Counted from the stretch's first letter, positions 15,001 to 31,200 are shown. The stretch is 64,000 nucleotides of DNA from Eledone cirrhosa (GCA_964016885.1 OZ024740.1:390166001-390230000), one strand, 5' to 3'. The notes: generated from the sequence alone by a model not told the origin. Numbers and translations: made by a program.

Positions 15001-18000
15001 AGCATACAGTGTTGGTTAATGATCTATAGCATACAGTGTTGGCTAATGATCTATAGCATACAGTGTTGGTTAATGATCTATAGCATACAGTGTTGGTTAA
15101 TGTTCTATAGCATACAGTGTTGGTTAATGATCTATAGCATACAGTGTTGGTTAATGATCTATAGCATACAGTGTTGGTTAATGATCTATAGCATACAGTG
15201 TTGGCTAATGATCTATAGCATACAGTGTTGGTTAATGATCTATAGCATACAGTGTTGGTTAATGATCTATAGCATACAGTGTTGGTTAATGATCTATAGC
15301 ATACAGTGTTGGTTAATGATCTATAGCATACAGTGTTGGCTAATGATCTATAGCATACAGTGTTGGTTAATGATCTATAGCATACAGTGTTGGTTAATGA
15401 TCTATAGCATACAGTGTTGGTTAATGATCTATAGCATACAGTGTTGGTTAATGATCTATAGCATACAGTGTTGGTTAATGATCTATAGCATACAGTGTTG
15501 GTTAATGATCTATAGCATACAGTGTTGGTTAATGTTCTATAGCATACAGTGTTGGTTAATGATCTATAGCATACAGTGTTGGTTAATGATCTATAGCATA
15601 CAGTGTTGGTTAATGATCTATAGCATACAGTGTTGGCTAATGATCTATAGCATACAGTGTTGGTTAATGATCTATAGCATACAGTGTTGGTTAATGATCT
15701 ATAGCACACAGTGTTGGTTAATGATCTATAGCATACAGTGTTGGTTAATGATCTATAGCATACAGTGTTGGTTAATGATCTATAGCATACAGTGTTGGCT
15801 AATGATCTATAGCATACAGTGTTGGTTAATGATCTATAGCATACAGTGTTGGTTAATGATCTATAGCACACAGTGTTGGTTAATGATCTATAGCATACAG
15901 TGTTGGTTAATGATCTATAGCATACAGTGTTGGTTAATGATCTATAGCATACAGTGTTGGTTAATGATTTATAGCACACAGTGTTGGTTAATGATCTATA
16001 GCATACAGTGTTGGTTAATGATCTATAGCATACAGTGTTGGTTAATGATCTATAGCATACAGTGTTGGTTAATGATCTATAGCATACAGTGTTGGTTAAT
16101 GATCTATAGCATACAGTGTTGGTTAATGATCTATAGCATACAGTGTTGGCTAATGATCTATAGCATACAGTGTTGGTTAATGATCTATAGCATACAGTGT
16201 TGGTTAATGATCTATAGCATAGTGTTGGCTAATGATCTATAGCATACAGTGTTGGTTAATGATCTATAGCATACAGTGTTGGTTAATGATCTATAGCATA
16301 CAGTGTTGGTTAATGATTTATAGCACACAGTGTTGGTTAATGATCTATAGCATACAGTGTTGGTTAATGATCTATAGCATACAGTGTTGGTTAATGATCT
16401 ATAGCATACAGTGTTGGTTAATGATCTATAGCATACAGTGTTGGTTAATGATCTATAGCATACAGTGTTGGTTAATGATCTATAGCATACAGTGTTGGTT
16501 AATGATCTATAGCATACAGTGTTGGCTAATGATCTATAGCACACAGTGTTGGCTAATGATCTATAGCATACAGTGTTGATTAATGATCTATAGCATACAG
16601 TGTTGGCTAATGATTTATAGCACAGTGTTGGTTAATGATCTATAGCATACAGTGTTGGTTAATGATCTATAGCATACAGTGTTGGTTAATGATCTATAGC
16701 ATACAGTGTTGGTTAATGATCTATAGCATACAGTGTTGGTTAATGATTTATAGCACACAGTGTTGGTTAATGATCTATAGCATACAGTGTTGGTTAATGA
16801 TCTATAGCATACAGTGTTGGTTAATGATCTATAGCATACAGTGTTGGTTAATGATCTATAGCATACAGTGTTGGTTAATGATCTATAGCATACAGTGTTG
16901 GTTAATGATCTATAGCATACAGTGTTGGTTAATGATCTATAGCATACAGTGTTGGTTAATGATCTATAGCATACAGTGTTGGTTAAAGATTTATAGCACA
17001 CAGTGTTGGTTAATGATCTATAGCATACAGTGTTGGTTAATGATCTATAGCATACAGTGTTGGTTAATGATCTATAGCATACAGTGTTGGTTAATGATCT
17101 ATAGCATACAGTGTTGGTTAATGATCTATAGCATACAGTGTTGGTTAATGATCTATAGCATACAGTGTTGGTTAATGATCTATAGCATACAGTGTTGGTT
17201 AATGATCTATAGCATACAGTGTTGGTTAATGATTTATAGCACACAGTGTTGGTTAATGATCTATAGCATACAGTGTTGGTTAATGATCTATAGCATACAG
17301 TGTTGGTTAATGATCTATAGCATACAGTGTTGGTTAATGATCTATAGCATACAGTGTTGGCTAATGATCTATAGCATACAGTGTTGGTTAATGATCTATA
17401 GCATACAGTGTTGGTTAATGATCTATAGCATACAGTGTTGGCTAATGATCTATAGCATACAGTGTTGGTTAATGATCTATAGCATACAGTGTTGGTTAAT
17501 GTTCTATAGCATACAGTGTTGGTTAATGATCTATAGCATACAGTGTTGGTTAATGATCTATAGCATACAGTGTTGGTTAATGATCTATAGCATACAGTGT
17601 TGGCTAATGATCTATAGCATACAGTGTTGGTTAATGATCTATAGCATACAGTGTTGGTTAATGATCTATAGCATACAGTGTTGGCTAATGATCTATAGCA
17701 TACAGTGTTGGTTAATGATCTATAGCATACAGTGTTGGTTAATGATCTATAGCATACAGTGTTGGTTAATGATCTATAGCATACAGTGTTGGTTAATGAT
17801 CTATAGCATACAGTGTTGGTTAATGATCTATAGCATACAGTGTTGGTTAATGATCTATAGCATACAGTGTTGGTTAATGATCTATAGCATACAGTGTTGG
17901 TTAATGATCTATAGCACACAGTGTTGGTTAATGATCTATAGCATACAGTGTTGGTTAATGATCTATAGCATACAGTGTTGGTTAATGATCTATAGCATAC

Positions 18001-20769
18001 AGTGTTGGTTAATGATTTATAGCACACAGTGTTGGTTAATGATCTATAGCATACAGTGTTGGTTAATGATCTATAGCATACAGTGTTGGTTAATGATCTA
18101 TAGCATACAGTGTTGGTTAATGATCTATAGCATACAGTGTTGGTTAATGATCTATAGCATACAGTGTTGGTTAATGATCTATAGCATACAGTGTTGGCTA
18201 ATGATCTATAGCATACAGTGTTGGCTAATGATCTATAGCATACAGTGTTGGTTAATGATCTATAGCATAGTGTTGGTTAATGATCTATAGCATAGTGTTG
18301 GCTAATGATCTATAGCATACAGTGTTGGTTAATGATCTATAGCATACAGTGTTGGTTAATGATCTATAGCATACAGTGTTGGTTAATGATTTATAGCACA
18401 CAGTGTTGGTTAATGATCTATAGCATACAGTGTTGGTTAATGATCTATAGCATACAGTGTTGGTTAATGATCTATAGCATACAGTGTTGGTTAATGATCT
18501 ATAGCATACAGTGTTGGTTAATGATCTATAGCATACAGTGTTGGTTAATGATCTATAGCATACAGTGTTGGTTAATGATCTATAGCATACAGTGTTGGCT
18601 AATGATCTATAGCACACAGTGTTGGCTAATGATCTATAGCATACAGTGTTGATTAATGATCTATAGCATACAGTGTTGGCTAATGATTTATAGCACAGTG
18701 TTGGTTAATGATCTATAGCATACAGTGTTGGTTAATGATCTATAGCATACAGTGTTGGTTAATGATCTATAGCATACAGTGTTGGTTAATGATCTATAGC
18801 ATACAGTGTTGGTTAATGATTTATAGCACACAGTGTTGGTTAATGATCTATAGCATACAGTGTTGGTTAATGATCTATAGCATACAGTGTTGGTTAATGA
18901 TCTATAGCATACAGTGTTGGTTAATGATCTATAGCATACAGTGTTGGTTAATGATCTATAGCATACAGTGTTGGTTAATGATCTATAGCATACAGTGTTG
19001 GCTAATGATCTATAGCATACAGTGTTGGTTAATGATCTATAGCATACAGTGTTGGTTAATGATCTATAGCATACAGTGTTGGTTAATGATCTATAGCATA
19101 CAGTGTTGGTTAAAGATTTATAGCACACAGTGTTGGTTAATGATCTATAGCATACAGTGTTGGTTAATGATCTATAGCATACAGTGTTGGTTAATGATCT
19201 ATAGCATACAGTGTTGGTTAATGATCTATAGCATACAGTGTTGGTTAATGATCTATAGCATACAGTGTTGGTTAATGATCTATAGCATACAGTGTTGGTT
19301 AATGATCTATAGCATACAGTGTTGGCTAATGATCTATAGCATACAGTGTTGGTTAATGATCTATAGCATACAGTGTTGGTTAATGATCTATAGCATACAG
19401 TGTTGGTTAATGATCTATAGCATACAGTGTTGGTTAATGATTTATAGCACACAGTGTTGGTTAATGATCTATAGCATACAGTGTTGGTTAATGATCTATA
19501 GCATACAGTGTTGGTTAATGATCTATAGCATACAGTGTTGGTTAATGATCTATAGCATACAGTGTTGGTTAATGATCTATAGCATACAGTGTTGGTTAAT
19601 GATCTATAGCATACAGTGTTGGTTAATGATCTATAGCATACAGTGTTGGTTAATGATCTATAGCATACAGTGTTGGTTAATGATTTATAGCACACAGTGT
19701 TGGTTAATGATCTATAGCATACAGTGTTGGTTAATGATCTATAGCATACAGTGTTGGTTAATGATCTATAGCATACAGTGTTGGTTAATGATCTATAGCA
19801 TACAGTGTTGGCTAATGATCTATAGCACACAGTGCTGGCTAATGATCTATAGCACACAGTGCTGGCTAATGATCTATAGCATACAGTGTTGGTTAATGAT
19901 TTATAGCATACAGTGTTGGCTAATGATCTATAGCATACAGTGTTGGTTAATGATCTATAGCATACAGTGTTGGTTAATGATTTATAGCACACAGTGTTGG
20001 TTAATGATCTATAGCATACAGTGTTGGTTAATGATCTATAGCATACAGTGTTGGTTAATGATTTATAGCACACAGTGTTGGTTAATGATCTATAGCATAC
20101 AGTGTTGGTTAATGATCTATAGCATACAGTGTTGGCTAATGATCTATAGCATACAGTGTTGGTTAATGATCTATAGCATACAGTGTTGGTTAATGATCTA
20201 TAGCATACAGTGTTGGTTAATGATCTATAGCATACAGTGTTGGTTAATGATTTATAGCACACAGTGTTGGTTAATGATCTATAGCATACAGTGTTGGTTA
20301 ATGATCTATAGCATACAGTGTTGGTTAATGATTTATAGCACACAGTGTTGGTTAATGATCTATAGCATACAGTGTTGGTTAATGATCTATAGCATACAGT
20401 GTTGGTTAATGATCTATAGCATACAGTGTTGGTTAATGATTTATAGCATACAGTGTTGGCTAATGATCTATAGCATACAGTGTTGGTTAATGATCTATAG
20501 CATACAGTGTTGGTTAATGATTTATAGCACACAGTGTTGGTTAATGATCTATAGCATACAGTGTTGGTTAATGATCTATAGCATACAGTGTTGGTTAATG
20601 ATTTATAGCACACAGTGTTGGTTAATGATCTATAGCATACAGTGTTGGTTAATGATCTATAGCATACAGTGTTGGCTAATGATCTATAGCACACAGTGTT
20701 GGTTAATGATCTATAGCACACAGTGTTGGTTAATGATCTATAGCACACTGTTGGTTAATGATCTATAGC
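1..20769. repeat. 27-bp minisatellite/satellite array 1 (~770 units; continues past the left window edge)
   Basis: Uninterrupted head-to-tail CTATAGCATACAGTGTTGGTTAATGAT with recurrent variants (GGCTAAT, GATTTAT, GCACAC, TGATTAAT, 2-bp-deleted units). It ends at ...ATCTATAGC|TATATGTT. Confidence 0.99.
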
Positions 20770-21480
20770 TATATGTTTATAATAGTCAGACATTGAAACA
20801 GAACAGTTAACAATTAGAATAACGTTTCGAAAATTCGTCTTTTAGAATCAAATCATTCATTCAGATATTTATTGTAATTTGATGAAAAAAAAAATGTCTC
20901 GTGTATTAAAAATTCATATATAAGTCGAAAAACCTTGATTAATAGATTATTCATGCATGTAAACTAAAACTCCTAGGAGTGTCTAAAATCTCAAAAAAAA
21001 AAAAAACCCCATCAAGGGAAGTAACTCCAATTAAATCAACTAACTGAAAGTTTAGGAAAATAAAGATTAGCAGGTAGGAGTAGATCTTGTCTTTAAAGTT
21101 AACTAGTAAAGCAATATATATATTTCAGTCTTATTAGATCTAGCTGAAGGTTACTTTACTCTGCAAGATTTAGAAGTAGTACGTTTATGTAGAAATAAAG
21201 GGGATTTAGTTGCACTAATTATGAATGTCAACAAAACGACTGAAGAAAAATAACTTGCAAGCATTCTGTATAATGTTAGCCTCACATATTTAATAGTGAA
21301 TTGAAAAACATTATTTATGCAATCAGTAAACAAAAACTCTCTAGGTTATTTTAAATTTAAAAAAAAAAAGTATGGGAAAAAATTCCAATAAAATTGACTA
21401 ATCGAAAATTTTATCTGAGGTTAATGCATTAATGATCAGTGAATTACTCGTATGGTGAATAAGATTCACTCTCAATTGCA

Positions 21481-21511
<31 letters not shown>

Positions 21512-22089
21512 CAGATAGTTGATTTTATTTAGTTGCCTCCCTTCCTCGTTTTTATATTTTAAATATTCCTTAGGAATTTTTGTGTATTGAATGCATGAGT
21601 AATCTGAGTTAACTGAGGGTTTTCTAACTCTTTATACTACATGTGAGACCATTGTATGTACATTTACTATGCAGATTGCTCCCATGAAAAGCAATTCAGA
21701 TTTTAGTATTTTATTTCATTCTCATGCAAAAAAGGTTTGTAAGCATGTGTACTCTAGTCATTTAGTTAATATTTAACTTGTATTAAAGAAAATATATTCA
21801 TTTACCTAAACTGTTTTTTAATATATTTTTCTATGCTAGTTTGGGTAGATGGTGTTCACGAAGTGTGTATAGTGTTAAAGCAATTACTTTTATAGTTAGC
21901 AAGATTCGAAGAGCATAAACTGCTGTAGTAGTAGTACTACAAAAGTTAGTTGGTGGTCGTAGAATTTTGGTGAGTGAATATTTCTGTGTTAGTCTGTATT
22001 TTTTCATATATATCAAGCTGAAAGATTTTATTTTAACAAATATCTTGAAAATTTCTTTCTTAACCAGTTGTTTTCTATTTTCAGAAAAT
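20770..22089 (+). repeat. Unique 1.32-kb intronic flank, copy 1 (duplicate of 41712-43040)
   Basis: Nearly identical to 41712-43040. Differences seen: A14 vs A15, T25 vs T26, and a 7-bp indel (GAGACCATTG vs GAGACCACTGACCATTG). It ends TTCAG|AAAAT, 5 nt into the thioesterase exon. Confidence 0.97.
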
Positions 22090-22289
22090 NNNNNNNNNNN
22101 NNNNNNNNNNNNNNNNNNNNNNNNNNNNNNNNNNNNNNNNNNNNNNNNNNNNNNNNNNNNNNNNNNNNNNNNNNNNNNNNNNNNNNNNNNNNNNNNNNNN
22201 NNNNNNNNNNNNNNNNNNNNNNNNNNNNNNNNNNNNNNNNNNNNNNNNNNNNNNNNNNNNNNNNNNNNNNNNNNNNNNNNNNNNNNNNN
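22090..22289. other. Assembly gap (200 N)
   Basis: Run of exactly 200 N; a round size like this is typical of a scaffolding placeholder. Confidence 0.99.
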
Positions 22290-25200
22290 GTTGGTTAACT
22301 GATTTATAGCACACAGTGTTGGTTAATGATCTATAGCAATACAGTGTTGGTTAATGATCTATAGCATACAGTGTTGGTTAATGATCTATTGCATACAGTG
22401 TTGGTTAATGATCTATAGCACACAGTGTTGGTTAATGATCTATAGCATACAGTGTTGGTTAATGATCTATAGCATACAGTGTTGGTTAATGATCTATAGC
22501 ATACAGTGTTTGGTTAATGATCTATAGCATACAGTGTTGGTTAATGATCTATAGCATACAGTGTTGGTTAATGATCTATTAGCATACAGTGTTGGTTAAT
22601 GATCTATAGGCATACAGTGTGGTTAATGATCTATAGCATACAGTGTTGGTTAATGATCTATAGCATACAGTGTTGGTTAATGATCTATAGCATACAGTGT
22701 TGGTTAATGATCTATAGCATACAGTGTTGGTTAATGATCTATAGCATACAGTGTTGGTTAATGATCTATAGCATACAGTGTTGGTTAATGATTTATAGCA
22801 CACAGTGTTGGTTAATGATCTATAGCATACAGTGTTGGTTAATGATCTATAGCATACAGTGTTGGTTAATGATCTATAGCATACAGTGTTGGTTAATGAT
22901 CTATAGCATACAGTGTTGGCTAATGATCTATAGCATACAGTGTTGGCTAATGATCTATAGCATACAGTGTTGTTAATGATCTATAGCATACAGTGTTGGC
23001 TAATGATTTATAGCAACAGTGTTGGTTAATGATCTATAGCATACAGTGTTTGTTAATGATCTATAGCATACAGTGTTGGTTAATGATCTATAGCATACAG
23101 TGTTGGTTAATGATCTATAGCATACAGTGTTGGTTAATGATTTATAGCACACAGTGTTGGTTAATGATCTATAGCATACAGTGTTGGTTAATGATCTATA
23201 GCATACAGTGTTGGTTAATGATCTATAGCATACAGTGTTGGTTAATGATCTATAGCATACAGTGTTGGTTAATGATCTATAGCATACAGTGTTGGTTAAT
23301 GATCTATAGCATACAGTGTTGGTTAATGATCTATAGCATACAGTGTTGGTTAATGATCTTATAGCACACAGTGTTGGTTAATGATCTATAGCATACAGTG
23401 TTGGTTAATGATCTATAGCATACAGTGTTGGTTAATGATCTATAGCATACAGTGTTGGTTAATGATCTATAGCATACAGTGTTGGTTAATGATCTATAGC
23501 ATACAGTGTTGGTTAATGATCTATAGCATACAGTGTTGGTTAATGATCTATAGCATACAGTGTTGGTTAATGATCTATAGCATACAGTGTTGGTTAATGA
23601 TCTATAGCATACAGTGTTGGTTAATGATCTATAGCATACAGTGTTGGTTAATGATCTATAGCATACAGTGTTGGCTAATGATCTATAGCATACAGTGTTG
23701 GTTAATGATCTATAGCATAAGATACGTGTTGGTTAATGATCTATAGCATACAGTGTTGGTAATGATCTATAGCATACAGTGTTGGTTAATGATCTATAGC
23801 ATACAGTGTTGGTTAATGATCTATAGCATACAGTGTTGGTTAATGATCTATAGCATACAGTGTTGGTTAATGATCTATAGCATACAGTGTTGGTTAATGA
23901 TCTATAGCATACAGTGTTGGTTAATGATCTATAGCACACAGTGTTGGTTAATGATCTATAGCATACAGTGTTGGTTAATGATCTATAGCATACAGTGTTG
24001 GTTAATGATCTATAGCATACAGTGTTGGTTAATGATCTATAGCATACAGTGTTGGTTAATGATCTATAGCATACAGTGTTGGCTAATGATCTATAGCATA
24101 CAGTGTTGGTTAATGATCTATAGCACACAGTGTTGGTTAATGATCTATAGCATACAGTGTTGGTTAATGATCTATAGCATACAGTGTTGGCTAATGATCT
24201 ATAGCATACAGTGTTGGTTAATGATCTATAGCATACAGTGTTGGCTAATGATCTATAGCATACAGTGTTGGTTAATGATCTATAGCATACAGTGTTGGCT
24301 AATGATCTATAGCATACAGTGTTGGCTAATGATCTATAGCATACAGTGTTGGTTATGATCTATAGCATACAGTGTTGGTTAATGATCTATAGCATACAGT
24401 GTTGGTTAATGATCTATAGCATACAGTGTTGGTTAATGATCTATAGCATACAGTGTTGGCTTAATGATCTATAGCATACAGTGTTGGCTAATGATCTATA
24501 GCATACAGTGTTGGTTAATGATCTATAGCATACAGTGTTGGTTAATGATCTATAGCACACAGTGTTGGCTAATGATCTATAGCATACAGTGTTGGTTAAT
24601 GATCTATAGCATACAGTGTTGGTTAATGATCTATAGCATACAGTGTTGGCTAATGATCTATAGCATACAGTGTTGGCTAATGATCTATAGCATACAGTGT
24701 TGGTTAATGATCTATAGCATACAGTGTTGGCTAATGATCTATAGCATACAGTGTTGGTTAATGATCTATAGCATACAGTGTTGGCTAATGATCTATAGCA
24801 TACAGTGTTGGTTAATGATCTATAGCATACAGTGTTGGCTAATGATCTATAGCATACAGTGTTGGCTAATGATCTATAGCATACAGTGTTGGTTAATGAT
24901 CTATAGCATACAGTGTTGGTTAATGATCTATAGCATACAGTGTTGGTTAATGATCTATAGCATACAGTGTTGGTTAATGATCTATAGCATACAGTGTTGG
25001 CTAATGATCTATAGCACACAGTGTTGGCTAATGATCTATAGCATACAGTGTTGGTTAATGATCTATAGCATACAGTGTTGGTTAATGATCTATAGCACAC
25101 AGTGTTGGCTAATGATCTATAGCATACAGTGTTGGCTAATGATCTATAGCATACAGTGTTGGTTAATGATCTATAGCATACAGTGTTGGTTAATGATCTA

Positions 25201-28200
25201 TAGCACACAGTGTTGGTTAATGATCTATAGCATACAGTGTTGGTTAATGATCTATAGCATACAGTGTTGGTTAATGATCTATAGCATACAGTGTTGGTTA
25301 ATGATCTATAGCATACAGTGTTGGTTAATGATCTATAGCATACAGTGTTGGTTAATGATCTATAGCATACAGTGTTGGTTAATGATCTATAGCATACAGT
25401 GTTGGTTAATGATCTATAGCATACAGTGTTGGTTAATGATCTATAGCATACAGTGTTGGTTAATGATCTATAGCACACAGTGTTGGTTAATGATCTATAG
25501 CATACAGTGTTGGTTAATGATCTATAGCATACAGTGTTGGTTAATGATCTATAGCATACAGTGTTGGTTAATGATCTATAGCATACAGTGTTGGTTAATG
25601 ATCTATAGCATACAGTGTTGGTTAATGATCTATAGCATACAGTGTTGGTTAATGATCTATAGCATACAGTGTTGGTTAATGATCTATAGCATACAGTGTT
25701 GGTTAATGATTTATAGCACACAGTGTTGGTTAATGATCTATAGCATACAGTGTTGGTTAATGATCTATAGCATACAGTGTTGGTTAATGATCTATAGCAT
25801 ACAGTGTTGGTTAATGATCTATAGCATACAGTGTTGGCTAATGATCTATAGCATACAGTGTTGGCTAATGATCTATAGCATACAGTGTTGGTTAATGATC
25901 TATAGCATACTGTGTTGGTTAATGATCTATAGCACACACTGTTGGTTAATGATCTATAGCACACAGTGTTGGCTAATGATCTATAGCATACAGTGTTGGT
26001 TAATGATCTATAGCATACAGTGTTGGCTAATGATCTATAGCATACAGTGTTGGTTAATGATCTATAGCATACAGTGTTGGTTAATGATCTATAGCATACA
26101 GTGTTGGTTAATGATCTATAGCATACAGTGTTGGTTAATGATCTATAGCACACAGTGTTGGTTAATGATCTATAGCATACAGTGTTGGTTAATGATCTAT
26201 AGCATACAGTGTTGGCTAATGATCTATAGCATACAGTGTTGGTTAATGATCTATAGCATACAGTGTTGGTTAATGATCTATAGCATACAGTGTTGGTTAA
26301 TGATCTATAGCATACAGTGTTGGTTAATGATCTATAGCATACAGTGTTGGTTAATGATCTATAGCATACAGTGTTGGTTAATGATCTATAGCATACAGTG
26401 TTGGTTAATGATCTATAGCACACAGTGTTGGTTAATGATCTATAGCATACAGTGTTGGTTAATGATCTATAGCACACAGTGTTGGCTTAATGATCTATAG
26501 CATACAGTGTTGGTTAATGATCTATAGCATACAGTGTTGGTTAATGATCTATAGCATACAGTGTTGGTTAATGATCTATAGCATACAGTGTTGGTTAATG
26601 ATCTATAGCATACAGTGTTGGTTAATGATCTATAGCATACAGTGTTGGTTAATGATCTATAGCATACTGTGTTGGTTAATGATCTATAGCACACACTGTT
26701 GGTTAATGATCTATAGCACACAGTGTTGGCTAATGATCTATAGCATACAGTGTTGGTTAATGATCTATAGCATACAGTGTTGGTTAATGATTATAGCATA
26801 CAGTGTTGGTTAATGATCTATAGCATACAGTGTTGGTTAATGATCTATAGCATACAGTGTTGGCTAATGATTTATAGCACACAGTGTTGGCTAATGATCT
26901 ATAGCATACAGTGTTGGTTAATGATCTATAGCATACAGTGTTGGTTAATGATCTATAGCATACAGTGTTGGTTAATGATTTATAGCAACAGTGTTGGTTA
27001 ATGATCTATAGCACACACTGTTGGTTAATGATCTATAGCACACAGTGTTGGCTAATGATCTATAGCATACAGTGTTGGTTAATGATCTATAGCATACAGT
27101 GTTGGTTAATGATCTATAGCATACAGTGTTGGTTAATGATCTATAGCACACAGTGCTGGCTAATGATCTATAGCATACAGTGTTGGTTAATGATTTATAG
27201 CATACAGTGTTGGCTAATGATCTATAGCATACAGTGTTGGTTAATGATCTATAGCATACAGTGTTGGTTAATGATCTATAGCATACAGTGTTGGTTAATG
27301 ATCTATAGCATACAGTGTTGGTTAATGATCTATAGCATACAGTGTTGGTTAATGATCTATAGCATACAGTGTTGGTTAATGATCTATAGCATACAGTGTT
27401 GGTTAATGTTCTATAGCATACAGTGTTGGTTAATGATCTATAGCATACAGTGTTGGTTAATGATCTATAGCATACAGTGTTGGTTAATGATCTATAGCAT
27501 ACAGTGTTGGTTAATGATCTATAGCATACAGTGTTGGTTAATGATCTATAGCATACAGTGTTGGTTAATGATCTATAGCATACAGTGTTGGTTAATGATC
27601 TATAGCATACAGTGTTGGTTAATGATCTATAGCATACAGTGTTGGTTAATGATCTATAGCATACAGTGTTGGTTAATGATCTATAGCATACAGTGTTGGT
27701 TAATGATCTATAGCACACAGTGTTGGTTAATGATCTATAGCATACAGTGTTGGTTAATGATCTATAGCATACAGTGTTGGTTAATGATCTATAGCATACA
27801 GTGTTGGTTAATGATCTTATAGCACACAGTGTTGGTTAATGATCTATAGCATACAGTGTTGGTTAATGATCTATAGCATACAGTGTTGGTTAATGATCTA
27901 TAGCATACAGTGTTGGTTAATGATCTATAGCATACAGTGTTGGTTAATGATCTATAGCATACAGTGTTGGTTAATGATCTATAGCATACAGTGTTGGCTA
28001 ATGATCTATAGCATACAGTGTTGGTTAATGATCTATAGCATACAGTGTTGGTTAATGATCTATAGCATAGTGTTGGCTAATGATCTATAGCATACAGTGT
28101 TGGTTAATGATCTATAGCATACAGTGTTGGTTAATGATCTATAGCATACAGTGTTGGTTAATGATCTATAGCACACAGTGTTGGTTAATGATCTATAGCA

Positions 28201-31200
28201 TACAGTGTTGGTTAATGATCTATAGCATACAGTGTTGGTTAATGATCTATAGCATACAGTGTTGGTTAATGATCTATAGCATACAGTGTTGGTTAATGAT
28301 CTATAGCATACAGTGTTGGTTAATGATCTATAGCATACAGTGTTGGTTAATGATCTATAGCATACAGTGTTGGTTAATGATCTATAGCATACAGTGTTGG
28401 CTAATGATCTATAGCATACAGTGTTGATTAATGATCTATAGCATACAGTGTTGGCTAATGATTTATAGCACAGTGTTGGTTAATGATCTATAGCATACAG
28501 TGTTGGTTAATGATCTATAGCATACAGTGTTGGTTAATGATCTATAGCATACAGTGTTGGTTAATGATCTATAGCATACAGTGTTGGTTAATGATTTATA
28601 GCACACAGTGTTGGTTAATGATCTATAGCATACAGTGTTGGTTAATGATCTATAGCATACAGTGTTGGTTAATGATCTATAGCATACAGTGTTGGTTAAT
28701 GATCTATAGCATACAGTGTTGGCTAATGATCTATAGCATACAGTGTTGGTTAATGATCTATAGCATACAGTGTTGGTTAATGATCTATAGCATACAGTGT
28801 TGGTTAATGATCTATAGCATACAGTGTTGGTTAAAGATTTATAGCACACAGTGTTGGTTAATGATCTATAGCATACAGTGTTGGTTAATGATCTATAGCA
28901 TACAGTGTTGGTTAATGATCTATAGCATACAGTGTTGGTTAATGATCTATAGCATACAGTGTTGGTTAATGATCTATAGCATACAGTGTTGGTTAATGAT
29001 CTATAGCATACAGTGTTGGTTAATGATCTATAGCATACAGTGTTGGTTAATGATCTATAGCATACAGTGTTGGTTAATGATTTATAGCACACAGTGTTGG
29101 TTAATGATCTATAGCATACAGTGTTGGTTAATGATCTATAGCATACAGTGTTGGTTAATGATCTATAGCATACAGTGTTGGTTAATGATCTATAGCATAC
29201 AGTGTTGGCTAATGATCTATAGCATACAGTGTTGGTTAATGATCTATAGCATACAGTGTTGGTTAATGATCTATAGCATACAGTGTTGGCTAATGATCTA
29301 TAGCATACAGTGTTGGTTAATGATCTATAGCATACAGTGTTGGTTAATGTTCTATAGCATACAGTGTTGGTTAATGATCTATAGCATACAGTGTTGGTTA
29401 ATGATCTATAGCATACAGTGTTGGTTAATGATCTATAGCATACAGTGTTGGTAATGATCTATAGCATACAGTGTTGGTTAATGATCTATAGCATACAGTG
29501 TTGGTTAATGATCTATAGCATACAGTGTTGGTTAATGATCTATAGCATACAGTGTTGGTTAATGATCTATAGCATACAGTGTTGGTTAATGATCTATAGC
29601 ATACAGTGTTGGTTAATGATCTATAGCATACAGTGTTGGTTAATGATCTATAGCATACAGTGTTGGTTAATGATCTATAGCATACAGTGTTGGTTAATGA
29701 TCTATAGCATACAGTGTTGGTTAATGATCTATAGCATACAGTGTTGGTTAATGATCTATAGCACACAGTGTTGGTTAATGATCTATAGCATACAGTGTTG
29801 GTTAATGATCTATAGCATACAGTGTTGGTTAATGATCTATAGCATACAGTGTTGGTTAATGATCTATAGCATACAGTGTTGGTTAATGATCTATAGCATA
29901 CAGTGTTGGTTAATGATCTATAGCATACAGTGTTGGTTAATGATCTATAGCATACAGTGTTGGTTAATGATCTATAGCATACAGTGTTGGTTAATGATCT
30001 ATAGCATACAGTGTTGGTTAATGATCTATAGCATACAGTGTTGGTTAATGATCTATAGCATACAGTGTTGGTTAATGATCTATAGCATACAGTGTTGGTT
30101 AATGATCTATAGCATACAGTGTTGGTTAATGATCTATAGCATACAGTGTTGGTTAATGATCTATAGCATACAGTGTTGGTTAATGATCTATAGCATACAG
30201 TGTTGGCTAATGATCTATAGCATACAGTGTTGGTTAATGATCTATAGCATACAGTGTTGGCTAATGATCTATAGCATACAGTGTTGGTTAATGATCTATA
30301 GCATACAGTGTTGGTTAATGATCTATAGCATACAGTGTTGGTTAATGATCTATAGCATACAGTGTTGGTTAATGATCTATAGCATACAGTGTTGGTTAAT
30401 GATCTATAGCATACAGTGTTGGCTAATGATCTATAGCATACAGTGTTGGTTAATGATCTATAGCACACAGTGTTGGTTAATGATCTATAGCATACAGTGT
30501 TGGTTAATGATCTATAGCATACAGTGTTGGTTAATGATCTATAGCATACAGTGTTGGTTAATGATCTATAGCATACAGTGTTGGTTAATGATCTATAGCA
30601 TACAGTGTTGGCTAATGATCTATAGCATACAGTGTTGGTTAATGATCTATAGCACACAGTGTTGGTTAATGATCTATAGCATACAGTGTTGGTTAATGAT
30701 CTATAGCATACAGTGTTGGCTAATGATCTATAGCATACAGTGTTGGTTAATGATCTATAGCATACAGTGTTGGCTAATGATCTATAGCATACAGTGTTGG
30801 TTAATGATCTATAGCATACAGTGTTGGCTAATGATCTATAGCATACAGTGTTGGTTAATGATCTATAGCATACAGTGTTGGTTAATGATCTATAGCATAC
30901 AGTGTTGGTTAATGATCTATAGCATACAGTGTTGGTTAATGATCTATAGCATACAGTGTTGGCTAATGATCTATAGCACACAGTGTTGGCTAATGATCTA
31001 TAGCATACAGTGTTGGTTAATGATCTATAGCATACAGTGTTGGTTAATGATCTATAGCACACAGTGTTGGCTAATGATCTATAGCATACAGTGTTGGCTA
31101 ATGATCTATAGCATACAGTGTTGGTTAATGATCTATAGCATACAGTGTTGGTTAATGATTTATAGCACACAGTGTTGGCTAATGATCTATAGCATACAGT

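Noticed and set aside
22085-22089. A second FASN thioesterase exon or paralogue
   Set aside because: Only 5 exonic bases precede the gap; this is better explained as a duplicated contig end.
21967-22314. ORFs containing poly-X
   Set aside because: They read through the 200-N gap.
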